DNA of 64,000 nt. Source: Gammaproteobacteria bacterium. Its GTDB lineage: Bacteria; Pseudomonadota; Gammaproteobacteria; Eutrophobiales; Eutrophobiaceae. The DNA is taken from positions 3,328,689 through 3,392,688 of the forward strand of contig CBDEUD010000003.1 of NCBI GenBank assembly GCA_965243115.1. Reading direction: 5' to 3'. Of the stretch, positions 9,910 to 21,503 are shown one piece after another. The position numbers were made by a program, and so were the translations under genes. Numbering within the stretch: position 1 is the first letter of the stretch; every line of letters begins with the position of its first letter. The notes under the pieces were generated by a model. The model was not told the origin of the DNA. It made no database searches and worked only from the letters and a program-made list of their open reading frames with translations.

Positions 9910-11130
9910 TCAAACACTGTCCAGAACAGCGCTGAGTTGCCCGGCGAGTACTTTCATATCGTATATTTTTTCGGCATATCGGCGTCCCTTATGTCCCATT
10001 TCCTGCAATTTATCTTCACTCATGCCGGCCATCGAAATGATCGCTTGCGCCAGTGCTTCAGGGGATTCAGGTTCCACACATATCCCGGCCTGCGCTTCAG
10101 CTACCGGGTTATTCACGGCTTCCATCGCCATAATGACGGGGCGCCCCATTGCCAGGTAATCCGGTATCTTGTTCAGGCCAATTCCGTATTTATACAAGGA
10201 CGGCAATTTCCTGCCGCATAGAACGAAAGCATCCGTGTTGCGGGCCGTATCGGCGATTCCGGTTTTGCTGACGGGGGGATGGAAAACCACCCGGTTCATT
10301 CCTCTTGCGCCACAGTAATTCATCAACTCCTGTTTTGCAGGTCCGGCGCCGATAAGGTGGCACTCTATCGACGTAATTCCACGGGAGAGTTCAATAATTT
10401 CCATAGAGCGAACCAGGGTGTACAGGTCATTGGCGGTGCCATGTGCGCCCAGGTAGGTAATCCGGAAAATATTTCCCTTTTGGTAGGGAAGCATATTGCC
10501 TATGTTATCCAGGTCGACGCCGTTGGGAATGCATACCACCTCCGGCGCCCTGATGCTGCGTTCCGACAGATAGTCTGCATACCCCGGAATAATCGAAATC
10601 ACCCTGTCGGCGCACCGGCATAACCATTTTTCAAGCAGGGAAAGGAAAATCGCATACGGGCTGTACCTGTGCATGTAGCCCAGCGCGATATATGATTCCG
10701 GTGAAATGTCGCGTACTTCAAATACGAAAGGGACCCGGTAGCGGCGCGCGAGAATTGCGGCGGCGGCGGCGGCCAACGCATGACCCGATGAACCGATAAT
10801 TACCGAAGGGCGCTCCAGGCCGGCAGTTGTCTTCCTGAGCAGCAGGCGCCAGGTGAACATGACCATGTTGATGATGCGCCCAAACCCGTTATCGCGATAG
10901 TCCGGTGTGTAGATCCAGCGAAAATTGACGTCTGCATAAACTTCAGACCGGTACCGTTCCTGTTTGCCAAGCCTCTGGGTGTGGGTATTCACCTCGACAC
11001 TGGATGCAAAGATCCAGGTTTTCCAACCCCGGCCGAAGATGCACTTTGCCAGATCGAAGTGGCGCGTATGTGACGCCCCGGCCGGTGATGAGGCGTAGTG
11101 GTTGATAATCCATACAGTCCTGCCAGACAT
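9910..11130 (-). CDS. Glycosyltransferase family 4 (WbuB-like)
   Basis: 406-aa GT-B fold pattern. N-terminal IINHYASSP... and a C-terminal GT1/GT4 nucleotide-sugar binding region. Confidence 0.75.
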   Translation of the reverse strand: MSGRTVWIINHYASSPAGASHTRHFDLAKCIFGRGWKTWIFASSVEVNTHTQRLGKQERYRSEVYADVNFRWIYTPDYRDNGFGRIINMVMFTWRLLLRKTTAGLERPSVIIGSSGHALAAAAAAILARRYRVPFVFEVRDISPESYIALGYMHRYSPYAIFLSLLEKWLCRCADRVISIIPGYADYLSERSIRAPEVVCIPNGVDLDNIGNMLPYQKGNIFRITYLGAHGTANDLYTLVRSMEIIELSRGITSIECHLIGAGPAKQELMNYCGARGMNRVVFHPPVSKTGIADTARNTDAFVLCGRKLPSLYKYGIGLNKIPDYLAMGRPVIMAMEAVNNPVAEAQAGICVEPESPEALAQAIISMAGMSEDKLQEMGHKGRRYAEKIYDMKVLAGQLSAVLDSV

Positions 11131-11219
11131 TATTTATAATGTTATCGAAATATTGCTGCCGTGTTCAGTCACAGAAATTAAATTACACGTAACGTCATAT
11201 CTGTGAGAAGCGCTTAATC

Positions 11220-12575
11220 ATGTTAACGGATTACCTGCATAATACCGAACGGGACAAGAAAATCTCGAAGGCCGTCGCGGTTATCGGTTTCTTTTTACTG
11301 TTTCCGGGATTTTTGTTCTACCACCAGTTCCTGGCCATGGGACTCATCCCGCGCTTTGCCGCCGGTTTTTTTGGCTATGTGTCACTGGCCACCCTGCTTG
11401 CATTCCTTGTATTGTTACCCTGGAATACGGACTGGTTGAAAAAAATCACCGGGAATCGTTACGCTCTGTGCGTCGTGGTATTTTTGTTCTATACCTCAGC
11501 CTGGACTCTCGCACACTATATCGTTGTCGAAGGTGATTATATAACAACGGCCAGTGTTCAATCCCTGGAGACCGTTGTTTTCTGGTCCTGCCTGTTTCTC
11601 ATCGGTTTGCTGCTGCCGCTGGAATTCAGGACCCTGCAATGGCCACTACTCATCAGTTTCATTATCATCCTGGCTTTTCTGGTTTATTTTTCCGTCAGTT
11701 CCGATGCAGACTCGTACTTTGCCCGTCGAATTTACGCAGGGACGACAGACGTTGCCAGCTACCAGGGATTTGGCCGTAGCGTACTGTTTACCTTGCTGTT
11801 GCTATTGGCAGTCTTCAACTCGTTCCGCGCCAGGGCTTTTTTCATGCTCTGCGGCGTTTTTGTTCTTTTCATGCTGATCAGCCGCTCTGACTTTTATGCA
11901 TTCCTGGCCGTATCCGCCGTGTTATGCGTCATTTACGGTATCAAACAGCCGAAGTACCTTCTCCTGCTGCTGCTTGTTTCCCTGGAAGTGGTTTTGCTGG
12001 CCGTGCCCGACATAGCGCCCCGCATTGGGATTTTCCGGGAAACCGGCGCCCCGGAAAACGTTGCACCCGCGCCGGCCGCCGTTCAGGCGGAAACGCAGCC
12101 CGCACCCGTCGTAGACGCCGAGCCCCCCCGCCTCAGCCGCCAGTTTGAAGTGCTTGACGTTCCTTCGTCAAAATCCTGGGCAGGCCGGTTGGCCCTGCAG
12201 GGAAAAGCCCTCGGACAAATCGCGGAGAACCCGCTGATGGGGAAATTCGGCGGGCACGTATTGACGGAGGACACCGGCAGATACGCCAGGGGCCACACCG
12301 GGAGATATGCCCATAATGCCTTGTCGGCATGGGTCAGCTACGGTCTTGCGGGTTTTCTCATATACGTCTCCCTGACCTTGTATGGTTTCCTGGTATCCGC
12401 CGGTAACGTCATTCTGAAGCAGCAGCATGAGCCGATCTGGATATTTGCGTTTATGCTGAGTTTCGTTTGTCTGCTGCTGATCATCGTATCCAAATCGGTC
12501 TATTGGCCGTTACCGGCATTGGGCTGGGGCGTCCTGGCCCAGGCATTGTCCACACCAACAGGCAATGGAAATTGA
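11220..12575 (+). CDS. O-antigen polymerase/ligase family membrane protein (Wzy_C-like)
   Basis: At least 10 hydrophobic segments and YAHNALSAWVSYGLAGFLIY, which resembles the Wzy_C HN..L....E.G region. Confidence 0.7.
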   Translation: MLTDYLHNTERDKKISKAVAVIGFFLLFPGFLFYHQFLAMGLIPRFAAGFFGYVSLATLLAFLVLLPWNTDWLKKITGNRYALCVVVFLFYTSAWTLAHYIVVEGDYITTASVQSLETVVFWSCLFLIGLLLPLEFRTLQWPLLISFIIILAFLVYFSVSSDADSYFARRIYAGTTDVASYQGFGRSVLFTLLLLLAVFNSFRARAFFMLCGVFVLFMLISRSDFYAFLAVSAVLCVIYGIKQPKYLLLLLLVSLEVVLLAVPDIAPRIGIFRETGAPENVAPAPAAVQAETQPAPVVDAEPPRLSRQFEVLDVPSSKSWAGRLALQGKALGQIAENPLMGKFGGHVLTEDTGRYARGHTGRYAHNALSAWVSYGLAGFLIYVSLTLYGFLVSAGNVILKQQHEPIWIFAFMLSFVCLLLIIVSKSVYWPLPALGWGVLAQALSTPTGNGN

Positions 12576-13873
12576 ATTCACCGTACGACAGGCATCACAA
12601 ACTGTTCCCAAAAACATGGGTTAAATCGGAATACGTTCGAAACGTACTGACCTTGATGTCGGGAACGACCGTCGCCCAGGCCATCCCGGTAGCCGTCACG
12701 CCGATCCTGACGCGCATCTACACACCAGCCGAATTCGGCCTGTTCGCCATCTATATGGCCTTGATTTCCATCGGGGTCATGATCGCAACCGGACGACTTG
12801 AGATGGCTGTGCTGATTGCCAGAAAAGACAGTGAAGCCCTGCAGCTTGCAGTCATCAGTCTTGTTATCTCGGGCATAATCAGCTTTCTGACCTTGATCGC
12901 CAGCGTCATCTGGGGACGGCAGATTGCAGTCCTGGCGGGACTGCCTGAATTGGAAACCTGGCTTTATATCGTGCCGTTCAGCATTTTTCTGTTTTCCGTC
13001 TACAAAGTGATATTGCACTGGCTGAACAGGAAAAAACAATACGAACTGATGAGCCGCAGCAGGATTACTCAAAGCGGTTCCATCTCGGCCCTGCAGATGA
13101 TTGTCGGACTGGCCGCAAAAATCCCGGCAGGGCTCGCCCTGGCGGACTGTCTGGGCAGGGTCGCGGCGTTGCTGTTTATCTTCAGGCGGGTAAAAGCTAC
13201 CGTCAAACTGCCGGAATTCAACCGGGCCAGGCAATATGCCTTGATCAGGAGATACAGGAAGTTCCCCTTTCTGGGGTCGCCGGCGAGCCTCTTGAACATA
13301 CTGTCCCTGCAGATGCCCTACGTGGTCATTCCGGCAATATTCACCAGCGCCGTCGCCGGCATGTACTTCCTGGTGTTCCGGGTGTTGATGATGCCCATCG
13401 CGTTGCTGGGAGAAGCCATGATGGAAGTGTTCAGGAACAGGGCGCTGGAAGACCTGAAACGGCACGGCACATGCAGACCCATATTCGTTCAAACCCTGTT
13501 GTCCCTGGCCGTCATCGGTGTCTTGCCTGCCTTGCTGCTGGTGTTCTTCGGCCAGGAAATATTCGCATTTGTGTTCGGTGAAGACTGGCGTGAGGCAGGA
13601 CGCTATGCGGCAATACTGGCCCCGATGGCGCTGTTCAGGCTGGTATGCGCGCCCCTGGGCGGCGTGCTGTTCATAAGGGAGAAGTTGAAACTGATCCTGC
13701 TGCTGCAGTCGATCTTTTTCATCCTGGTGGTATTGTCCCTGGTCCTGGGCTGGATGAACCAGGACCCGGTTATACTCGTGAGTTTCCTGTCGGTTTCCGG
13801 GTGCCTGTTTTACCTGTTGCAGGCGCTGAGTTCCTTCCGGTTGAGCACGGCCGCAAACGCACGGGCAGTATGA
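12572..13873 (+). CDS. Oligosaccharide flippase (Wzx / polysaccharide biosynthesis protein family)
   Basis: Multi-TM protein. The flippase-like N-terminus VRNVLTLMSGTTVAQAIPVAVTPILTRIY lies upstream of the first ATG (12656). I therefore propose the TTG at 12572, which overlaps the wzy stop (TTGA). The track start at 12467 is inside wzy and unlikely. Confidence 0.7.
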   Translation: MNSPYDRHHKLFPKTWVKSEYVRNVLTLMSGTTVAQAIPVAVTPILTRIYTPAEFGLFAIYMALISIGVMIATGRLEMAVLIARKDSEALQLAVISLVISGIISFLTLIASVIWGRQIAVLAGLPELETWLYIVPFSIFLFSVYKVILHWLNRKKQYELMSRSRITQSGSISALQMIVGLAAKIPAGLALADCLGRVAALLFIFRRVKATVKLPEFNRARQYALIRRYRKFPFLGSPASLLNILSLQMPYVVIPAIFTSAVAGMYFLVFRVLMMPIALLGEAMMEVFRNRALEDLKRHGTCRPIFVQTLLSLAVIGVLPALLLVFFGQEIFAFVFGEDWREAGRYAAILAPMALFRLVCAPLGGVLFIREKLKLILLLQSIFFILVVLSLVLGWMNQDPVILVSFLSVSGCLFYLLQALSSFRLSTAANARAV

Positions 13874-13885
13874 GCCGCCACTGTT

Positions 13886-15016
13886 ATGGACCGGATAAAA
13901 ATCGCCCATCTGACCAGTGTCCATCCGCGCGCCGATACCCGGATTCGGGTAAGGGAAGTGGGCTCGCTCGCACAAGCCGGACCGGACCCGGTGGTTTTGT
14001 TCGTCCAGGACGGCAACGGCGACGCCATTGAAGCGGGCGGCAAGGTACGCATCATCGACACCGGCCCGCCGCCCGGCGCACGGCTGGCAAGGATGACCCT
14101 GGGAGTCTGGCGTATGGGGCGGGCGGTTCAACGGTTGCGTCCGCAGGTGGTGCACTTTCACGACCCGGAGCTGATGATACCGGGCCTGGTTTTGAAGTGT
14201 CTCGGCTACCGGGTGATCTACGATGTGCATGAGGACCTGCCGCGCCAGGTACTGACGAAATACTGGATACCTGTCCCGGCCAGGCGCCCGGTCGCCTGGA
14301 TGGTATCGGCGATGGAATGGCTTGCCGCGCGCGTATTCGATGCGATTGTACCCGCAGAGCCGAAAATCGCCGGGCGCTTTCCGCCCCACAGGACCGTGCT
14401 GGTACAGAATTTCCCCATCCTGGATGAGCTGGTCATACCGGAGGCGACACCCTACGACAGCAGACCTCCTCACTTTGCTTACATCGGCGGGATCGCCCGA
14501 ATTCGCGGGATCTTCGAAATGACCGCTGCATTGACCCGGTGTGGAACAGAAGCTGTCCGGTTGTGTCTCGCCGGGGTATTTCAACCGCCGGGCCTGAAAA
14601 CGGAAATTGAGGCAGCGCCAGGCTGGCGCCAGGTCGAGTTTTCCGGCTGGGCGGACCGGGCGCAGGTGGCGGACATACTGGGCGGCGTCCGGGCCGGCCT
14701 GGCTATCCTGCACCCAACCCCGAAATACCCGGATGCCTATCCCACCAAGATGTTCGAATACATGTCCGCCGGCCTGCCGGTGATCGTATCCGATTTTCCC
14801 CTGTGGCGGCGTATCGTGGACGATGCGGGATGCGGCCTGCTGGTAGACCCGATGGATCCGCAGGCCATTGCCGGCGCCATGCAATGGATACTGGACCATC
14901 CTGCAGAGGCCGAAGCCATGGGCCGGCGCGGGCGGGCGGCGGTCGAAAAAGACTACAACTGGGAGACCGAAGCGGAAAAACTGGTTACGCTTTACAATAA
15001 ACTGCTTCTTGACTGA
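13886..15016 (+). CDS. Glycosyltransferase group 1 (GT4)
   Basis: GT-B pattern; KMFEYMSAGLPVIVSDFPLWRRIVDDAGCGLLVDP contains the ExxxxxxxE-type region. Confidence 0.8.
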   Translation: MDRIKIAHLTSVHPRADTRIRVREVGSLAQAGPDPVVLFVQDGNGDAIEAGGKVRIIDTGPPPGARLARMTLGVWRMGRAVQRLRPQVVHFHDPELMIPGLVLKCLGYRVIYDVHEDLPRQVLTKYWIPVPARRPVAWMVSAMEWLAARVFDAIVPAEPKIAGRFPPHRTVLVQNFPILDELVIPEATPYDSRPPHFAYIGGIARIRGIFEMTAALTRCGTEAVRLCLAGVFQPPGLKTEIEAAPGWRQVEFSGWADRAQVADILGGVRAGLAILHPTPKYPDAYPTKMFEYMSAGLPVIVSDFPLWRRIVDDAGCGLLVDPMDPQAIAGAMQWILDHPAEAEAMGRRGRAAVEKDYNWETEAEKLVTLYNKLLLD

Positions 15017-15232
15017 ATCCAGGACTCCAATTAAATGTGCGCCTGGCACGCCGACCAGTCTGAAGCAGTCACTAAATTTCCACAACAAGCAGTTATATGT
15101 TTTTTCGCCAGAATGTGGCTTTTCTCACAATTCAGCTAAAGTTCTGCTCCCGAATTCATCTCGACCAATTAAAATGATCGCAACCATATGGAGACAAGCG
15201 CATGAGCGGAGGATAAATTCCATAAAATAACT

Positions 15233-15260
15233 TTGACAAACTAAAGCTTATTGCTATAGT
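15233..15260 (+). promoter_or_regulatory. Sigma70-like promoter for the TA module
   Basis: TTGACA (15233-15238), a 16-nt spacer, then TATAGT (15255-15260), about 20 nt upstream of the GTG start at 15281. ACTAAAGC is repeated on both sides and may be an operator. Confidence 0.5.
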
Positions 15261-15280
15261 TTAGATAACGGACTAAAGCA

Positions 15281-15552
15281 GTGTATCAATTGATAATACG
15301 GAAACAAGCTATCAAGGCATTACAAGGTATGCCAGCCAGGGACTGCGGCCGTATTCGCCATTTGCTGGATAAACTGGCGGAAGATCCTGAGCGACGGGAT
15401 ATCGATGTCAAGCAATTGCGCGGTAACCGGGGCTTCCGGCTGCGGGCAGGCAACCACCGGGTAATCTTCGATCGGAATATGATATTCGCGTGATCGAGAT
15501 ATTACGTATTGGTCCGCGTGGAGATGTTTATAAACAGGGCTATATATTATGA
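15281..15552 (+). pseudogene. RelE/ParE-family toxin gene disrupted by a frameshift near 15473-15475
   Basis: The ORF frame gives MYQLIIRKQAIKAL...GFRLRAGNHRVIFDRNMIFA*. The next frame continues EYDIRVIEILRIGPRGDVYKQGYIL*, the canonical RelE/ParE C-terminus, and ends in an ATGA overlap with the antitoxin start. Confidence 0.65.
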
Positions 15553-15923
15553 CTGGACCACAAATTATTCGCGACATAAAAGGCAACCCTGTTTTCGCTG
15601 TAATCCCGTGGCAGGAATATCAACTTCTGAAGACAGGGAGTGCAGATGCCCTGCCAACCGACCAGGAATTGTATGACGAGGCTAAATCCAGCGCCGAGGA
15701 AAGCTTTCCTATTGAGATAGCAGACCGTCTTCTGGCAGGGGAAAATCCAATAAGGGTATACCGTAACCTCCGAGGCATGACGCAGAACCAGCTCGCGGCA
15801 GCAGTGAACATCAATACGGTTTACCTGTCACAAATCGAAAACGGGAAACGCACCGGTTCTATAAAAACGCTGGCTGCCATAGCCTCAGCCCTGAATGTCG
15901 CCGTAGATGATTTAACACCCTGA
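15549..15923 (+). CDS. XRE-family HTH antitoxin (HigA-like; toxin-first gene order)
   Basis: LRGMTQNQLAAAVNINTVYLSQIENGKRTGSIKTLAAIASALNV is a classic HTH_3 domain. Its start overlaps the toxin stop. Confidence 0.8.
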   Translation: MTGPQIIRDIKGNPVFAVIPWQEYQLLKTGSADALPTDQELYDEAKSSAEESFPIEIADRLLAGENPIRVYRNLRGMTQNQLAAAVNINTVYLSQIENGKRTGSIKTLAAIASALNVAVDDLTP

Positions 15924-15988
15924 AAGAACATTTAACCCGTCCCTCACGCTGCCGGTCCGGCAATTCCACCGGCCCGAGACGGTAACTG

Positions 15989-17104
15989 TTACAACGCTTG
16001 TCGAATAATATTACAAATCCCGCTTTGCGTTTCTTTCTCAAGGTACGGATGCATGGGCAAACTCAGTACCGTTGCGGCAAGCCGTTCGGATACAGATAGA
16101 TCAGGCGCTCCCGGGAAGTCGCTGTACGCAGTCTGCAGGTGCAGGGGTTTGGGATAATAAACTGATGTCGGCACACTGCTTTCTTTCAATCTTTCTGCTA
16201 TCGCATCACGTTCAGTTGATTTTATCGTGTACTGTGCCCACACGGAGGTACACCCTGTACTGGTTGCGGGTACATCGACAGAGTCCTCGAGTTGGGCGCA
16301 ATACCTGTCTGCAACCTGGTTACGCAAGTCGATCTCTTCGGGAAAAACAGCGAGCTTCTCCAGTAGTATCGCCGCCTGGATAGTGTCCAGCCTGCCGTTG
16401 ATACCGATATTCACATTATCGTACTTGTCCGTACCCTTGCCGTGTACCCGCAGGCTTTTCAATCTGCCGGCAAGCTCGTCATCGTCAGTGAACAACGCGC
16501 CCCCGTCACCGTAACAACCAAGGGGTTTTGCCGGGAAAAAACTGGTGGCGGTGACCTCCGCCAGTGTTCCAACTTTGTTGCCGTTCGATTCGGCGCCAAA
16601 ACTTTGTGCGCCGTCACCGATCACAAACAATCCATGTTGCCCGGCAAAGTGGTTGATCTCCATGTAATCGGCCGGCTGCCCGAACAAGTCTACAGGAATG
16701 ATTCCACTGGGATTGAGTCCGTTGCGGGCGGCTGTTGCCAGCGCAGCATCAAGGCCGGCCACGTCCAGCAGAAAACTGTCCGCATCGACATCGACGAAAA
16801 CCGGCGTCGCCCCCAGCAGGGCAACCGCCTCCGCAGTGGCGACAAACGTGAACGAAGGAACTAAAACGGCATCGCCCGGACCCGTACCCTGCGCCATCAA
16901 GGCCATAAGCAGGGCATCCGTGCCGCTGGCACAGGTGATGACGTGCCTGGCCCCGCAAAAACCGGACAGCCTTTCCTCGAGCTCCGCCACCTCCGGACCC
17001 ATGATAAACCGCCCGTGATCCAGTACTTTTTGAATCGCTAATGGAATCCTGTCGCCCAGGCGCCGCTGCTGCGCCTTGAGGTCGATGAATTCTACCTGTC
17101 CCAT
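15989..17104 (-). CDS. wbpE: UDP-2-acetamido-2-deoxy-3-oxo-glucuronate aminotransferase (DegT/DnrJ/EryC1 family, WbpE-like)
   Basis: VEFIDLKAQQRRLGDRI..., SFFPAKPLGCYGDGGALFT and RLDTIQAAILLEKL match WbpE closely as I remember it. Start re-picked at MGQVEFIDL. Confidence 0.85.
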   Translation of the reverse strand: MGQVEFIDLKAQQRRLGDRIPLAIQKVLDHGRFIMGPEVAELEERLSGFCGARHVITCASGTDALLMALMAQGTGPGDAVLVPSFTFVATAEAVALLGATPVFVDVDADSFLLDVAGLDAALATAARNGLNPSGIIPVDLFGQPADYMEINHFAGQHGLFVIGDGAQSFGAESNGNKVGTLAEVTATSFFPAKPLGCYGDGGALFTDDDELAGRLKSLRVHGKGTDKYDNVNIGINGRLDTIQAAILLEKLAVFPEEIDLRNQVADRYCAQLEDSVDVPATSTGCTSVWAQYTIKSTERDAIAERLKESSVPTSVYYPKPLHLQTAYSDFPGAPDLSVSERLAATVLSLPMHPYLEKETQSGICNIIRQAL

Positions 17105-17114
17105 GCCAGGTTCG

Positions 17115-17678
17115 TTATTCCGGCGCAAGCCGTCCGTCTTCCGTCAGGCAGTATCGTCTGCCCGTCTTCGGGCACACCAGGTCATCACCCAGCCGCTCGC
17201 CGTAATGCCCCACCCAGCCCACCTGTGCGGCCGGGCTGCCCGCCATCAGCGCAAAAGGTGTTACGTCCCTGGTCACCACCGCGCCGGCCGCGATAAAACA
17301 GTATTCCCCCAGCTCGATGCCGCACAGGATGGTGGCATTGGCGCCTATGGTCGCGCCCCGCCTGACCCTGGTGTCCGAAAACTGCTCCTTTTTTTCTATT
17401 TCCGCGCGGGGGTTGCTCACGTTGGTAAACACGCAGGACGGTCCGCAGAACACGCCGTCCTCCAGCGTGATGCCTTTGTAGATACTCACGTTATTCTGGA
17501 TCTTGCAGCGGTTGCCGATGATGACGTCGGGACCGACCATGACATTCTGTCCGAGGACACAGTCCTCCCCTATCACGCAATTGGCCAGGATGTGGCTGAA
17601 ATGCCATATGCGCGTACCTCTGCCGATACGGCAATTCCCGTCGACGATTGCGGTCTCATGGATATAACGGTCAGGCAT
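17115..17678 (-). CDS. wbpD: Hexapeptide-repeat N-acetyltransferase (WbpD-like)
   Basis: Left-handed beta-helix repeats ([40 protein letters not shown]). Positioned between the wbpB and wbpE homologues. Confidence 0.8.
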   Translation of the reverse strand: MPDRYIHETAIVDGNCRIGRGTRIWHFSHILANCVIGEDCVLGQNVMVGPDVIIGNRCKIQNNVSIYKGITLEDGVFCGPSCVFTNVSNPRAEIEKKEQFSDTRVRRGATIGANATILCGIELGEYCFIAAGAVVTRDVTPFALMAGSPAAQVGWVGHYGERLGDDLVCPKTGRRYCLTEDGRLAPE

Positions 17679-17703
17679 GTCGTGTGCCGGCGGATTCGCT
17701 GTG

Positions 17704-18741
17704 TTATTTCTTGTAATTCATATGATAAGCAGCATTCGCGCGGATGTCCCGTTCGGAAGCCTGCAACACCTTCAGCACGCGTATTCCCTCGTTGCCGTCG
17801 GTACGGCAGCCCGTCTGGCCCGCAATACACTCCAGGAAATGGGCCAGCTCCTGCCGTAACGGCTCTGCCCGGGTTACGGCTACGGCCTCGGGCTCGGCCT
17901 TGTCCGGCGTGGGCAGGCTGTCTTTCCAGACTATCCTGTGCCGGTAGACCAGCAGTTTCCGCTCCCACTCCAGGGTATCGTCAAACACCGCCATGCCCTC
18001 GTCGCCCACGACGACGAGCCTCTGCTCCTTGTACGGGTGCAGCCAGGAGACAAACACATGGGCGTTCTCTCCGCCGGGAAAAGACATGTGGGTAGTGGTC
18101 ACATCCGCCACCTGCGAGTGCAGGAAAAAACTGCCGATGGCTGAAACCCGGTCGGGTTCGTCACCGACCAGTGACAGGATCATGGAAACGTCATGGGGCG
18201 CGAAGCTCCAGAGTATGTTCTCCTCGCGCCGGACCTTGCCCAGGTTCAGCCGGTGGGAATAGATATGGCGCAGGCGGCCCAGTTCTCCTTGGACGACCAG
18301 TTCCTTCAACCGCACAAAAGCCGGGTGGTACTGCAACAGGTGGCCCACCATCAGCACCCGCCCTTCCCTTTCCGACAACTCGTTCAACTCCTCGGCGCTG
18401 TCCACGTCCAGGGCGACGGGTTTCTCGACGAACACGTGTTTGCCCGCCGACAACGCCTGCCCGGCCATGGCCGAATGGGTGAGGGCAGGTGTGGCGATGG
18501 CGACCGCGTCGATGCCCGGGTCCCGGAGCACATCTTCGAATGCAGGGGTGCTGACGTCATAGCGCGATCCGAATTGCTGCGCCAGTTCCGGGTCCGTATC
18601 GCAGACCGCGGCCAGCGCGCCCAGGTCGGAAAAGTTGCGCACCAGGTTCCTGCCCCAGTAACCGCAGCCGATGACGGCGACACGTGACGGTAATTGTTCA
18701 ACCATATCAGTCAAGATCCTGTCTTCAGCCGGTATAGGCAC
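17704..18741 (-). CDS. wbpB: Gfo/Idh/MocA oxidoreductase (WbpB-like UDP-GlcNAcA 3-dehydrogenase)
   Basis: [17 protein letters not shown] Rossmann motif, Gfo/Idh/MocA pattern and operon context. Confidence 0.75.
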   Translation of the reverse strand: MPIPAEDRILTDMVEQLPSRVAVIGCGYWGRNLVRNFSDLGALAAVCDTDPELAQQFGSRYDVSTPAFEDVLRDPGIDAVAIATPALTHSAMAGQALSAGKHVFVEKPVALDVDSAEELNELSEREGRVLMVGHLLQYHPAFVRLKELVVQGELGRLRHIYSHRLNLGKVRREENILWSFAPHDVSMILSLVGDEPDRVSAIGSFFLHSQVADVTTTHMSFPGGENAHVFVSWLHPYKEQRLVVVGDEGMAVFDDTLEWERKLLVYRHRIVWKDSLPTPDKAEPEAVAVTRAEPLRQELAHFLECIAGQTGCRTDGNEGIRVLKVLQASERDIRANAAYHMNYKK

Positions 18742-18761
18742 CCGACATACATGAAAGTTCG

Positions 18762-20066
<1,305 letters not shown>

Positions 20067-20095
20067 GCCTGTTCAGCCCCTGCCGGCCCCGGCCG

Positions 20096-21382
20096 TCAAA
20101 GCCTTATCACCCGCACGCCGGCAGGCGCGGCGTCCCGGTCCAGCCTGCCCTTGACGTCGTAGACGATCCCTCCTTGATGCTTGAGCAGGCCGCGCAGCCA
20201 ATCCCAGCCCTTGTCCAGGTAAACACCATGGGGCACGGCGAGTATCACGGCATCAGCGGGCCGCAACGACTGCAGGCCGGCCAGTTCAAGCTGGTATTCG
20301 TTGCGCACCTTGTCCGGGTCCGCGTGCACGTCATTGACCTGTAGCGGTACGTTGAACTGTTTCAGTTCATCGATGATGTCGATCACCCGGGTATTGCGGG
20401 TGTCGCCGACATTCTCCTTGAAGGACAGGCCCAGTACGGTAACCAGGCAGTTTTCCGGTGAGTAACCGGCCTGCAGCAATGCTTTCACGACCTGCGCGGC
20501 GACATAGTTGCCCACGCCGTCGTTGATATTGCGGGCGGTCAGGATCAGGTCCGGGATATAGCCGCTCCGGGCCGCCCGGTAGGCCAGGTAATACGGGTCA
20601 ATGCCGATGCAGTGGCCGCCTACCAGTCCCGGCGAGAAGCGCTGGAAATTCCATTTCGTCGCAGCCGCATCCAGCACGTCGTTGGTATCGATATCCAGCT
20701 TGTCGAATATCAGCGCCAGCTGGTTCATCAAGGCAATATTGACGTCCCGCTGGATGTTCTCGACGACTTTCGTTGCTTCCGCGACCTTGATGGAGGACGC
20801 CTCGTACACACCTGCCGTTACCACGCTCTCGTAGACGTGGCGGATGACGTCCAGCGCGGCGCGGTCCTGTGCGGCTACGATTTTCACGATACTGGTGAAC
20901 GTATGCTCCCGGTCGCCCGGGTTGATGCGCTCCGGGGAATAACCCAGGTGAAAGTCGCGCCCGCAAACCAGGCCCGATTCCCGTTCCAGGATGGGCGCGC
21001 AGATCTCTTCCGTGGCGCCCGGGTAAACGGTGGATTCATAGACGATGATATCGCCCTTGCCGAGCACGCGCCCAAGTAACTCCGAGGCGGCGGTCAGAGG
21101 TCCCATGTCCGGGTTTTTTGCGTCGTTTATGGGGGTGGGCACCGCGACGATATGAAAATCGGCTTGCTCAAGCTGCTTGCTGTCCGTGGTAAAGGCAATC
21201 TGCGCCGCCGCCAGGTCGTCAGGGGCAACCTCGCCGGTGCTTTCACGTCCCTGTTCCAGTTCGGCGATGCGCCGTTCATCGATATCAAAACCGATCACCT
21301 CACCGAGACGGCCGAACGCGACCGCGACCGGCAAACCGACGTAGCCCATGCCGATAACCGATATTTTCCTGTCTTTATTCAT
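20096..21382 (-). CDS. wbpA: UDP-N-acetyl-D-glucosamine 6-dehydrogenase type nucleotide-sugar dehydrogenase (WbpA/TviB-like)
   Basis: ISVIGMGYVGLPVAVAF, YESTVYPGATEE, YSPERINPGD and GLVGGHCIGIDPYYL. Confidence 0.8.
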   Translation of the reverse strand: MNKDRKISVIGMGYVGLPVAVAFGRLGEVIGFDIDERRIAELEQGRESTGEVAPDDLAAAQIAFTTDSKQLEQADFHIVAVPTPINDAKNPDMGPLTAASELLGRVLGKGDIIVYESTVYPGATEEICAPILERESGLVCGRDFHLGYSPERINPGDREHTFTSIVKIVAAQDRAALDVIRHVYESVVTAGVYEASSIKVAEATKVVENIQRDVNIALMNQLALIFDKLDIDTNDVLDAAATKWNFQRFSPGLVGGHCIGIDPYYLAYRAARSGYIPDLILTARNINDGVGNYVAAQVVKALLQAGYSPENCLVTVLGLSFKENVGDTRNTRVIDIIDELKQFNVPLQVNDVHADPDKVRNEYQLELAGLQSLRPADAVILAVPHGVYLDKGWDWLRGLLKHQGGIVYDVKGRLDRDAAPAGVRVIRL

Positions 21383-21414
21383 CTATCATCATGTTGCCCG
21401 CCGTTCCCGCATCA

Positions 21415-21496
21415 AATTTGGGGTCAGAGTAAAAACCTTGAAAATTTCTCCTCCCGGTACTTGTCATCAACAAGGTTTTTACTCTGACCCCAAATT
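21415..21496. repeat. 26-bp perfect inverted repeat with a 30-nt spacer, between two co-directional glycan genes
   Basis: AATTTGGGGTCAGAGTAAAAACCTTG (21415-21440) is the exact reverse complement of 21471-21496. Confidence 0.9.
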
Positions 21497-21503
21497 ATTC
21501 CAG

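Noticed and set aside
12578-15088. 836-aa ORF on the minus strand
   Set aside because: It lies antisense across the wzx and GT4 genes, which have clear family signatures. Its translation is R/Q/G/P/H-rich low complexity with no motifs, the typical stop-poor antisense frame of high-GC coding DNA.
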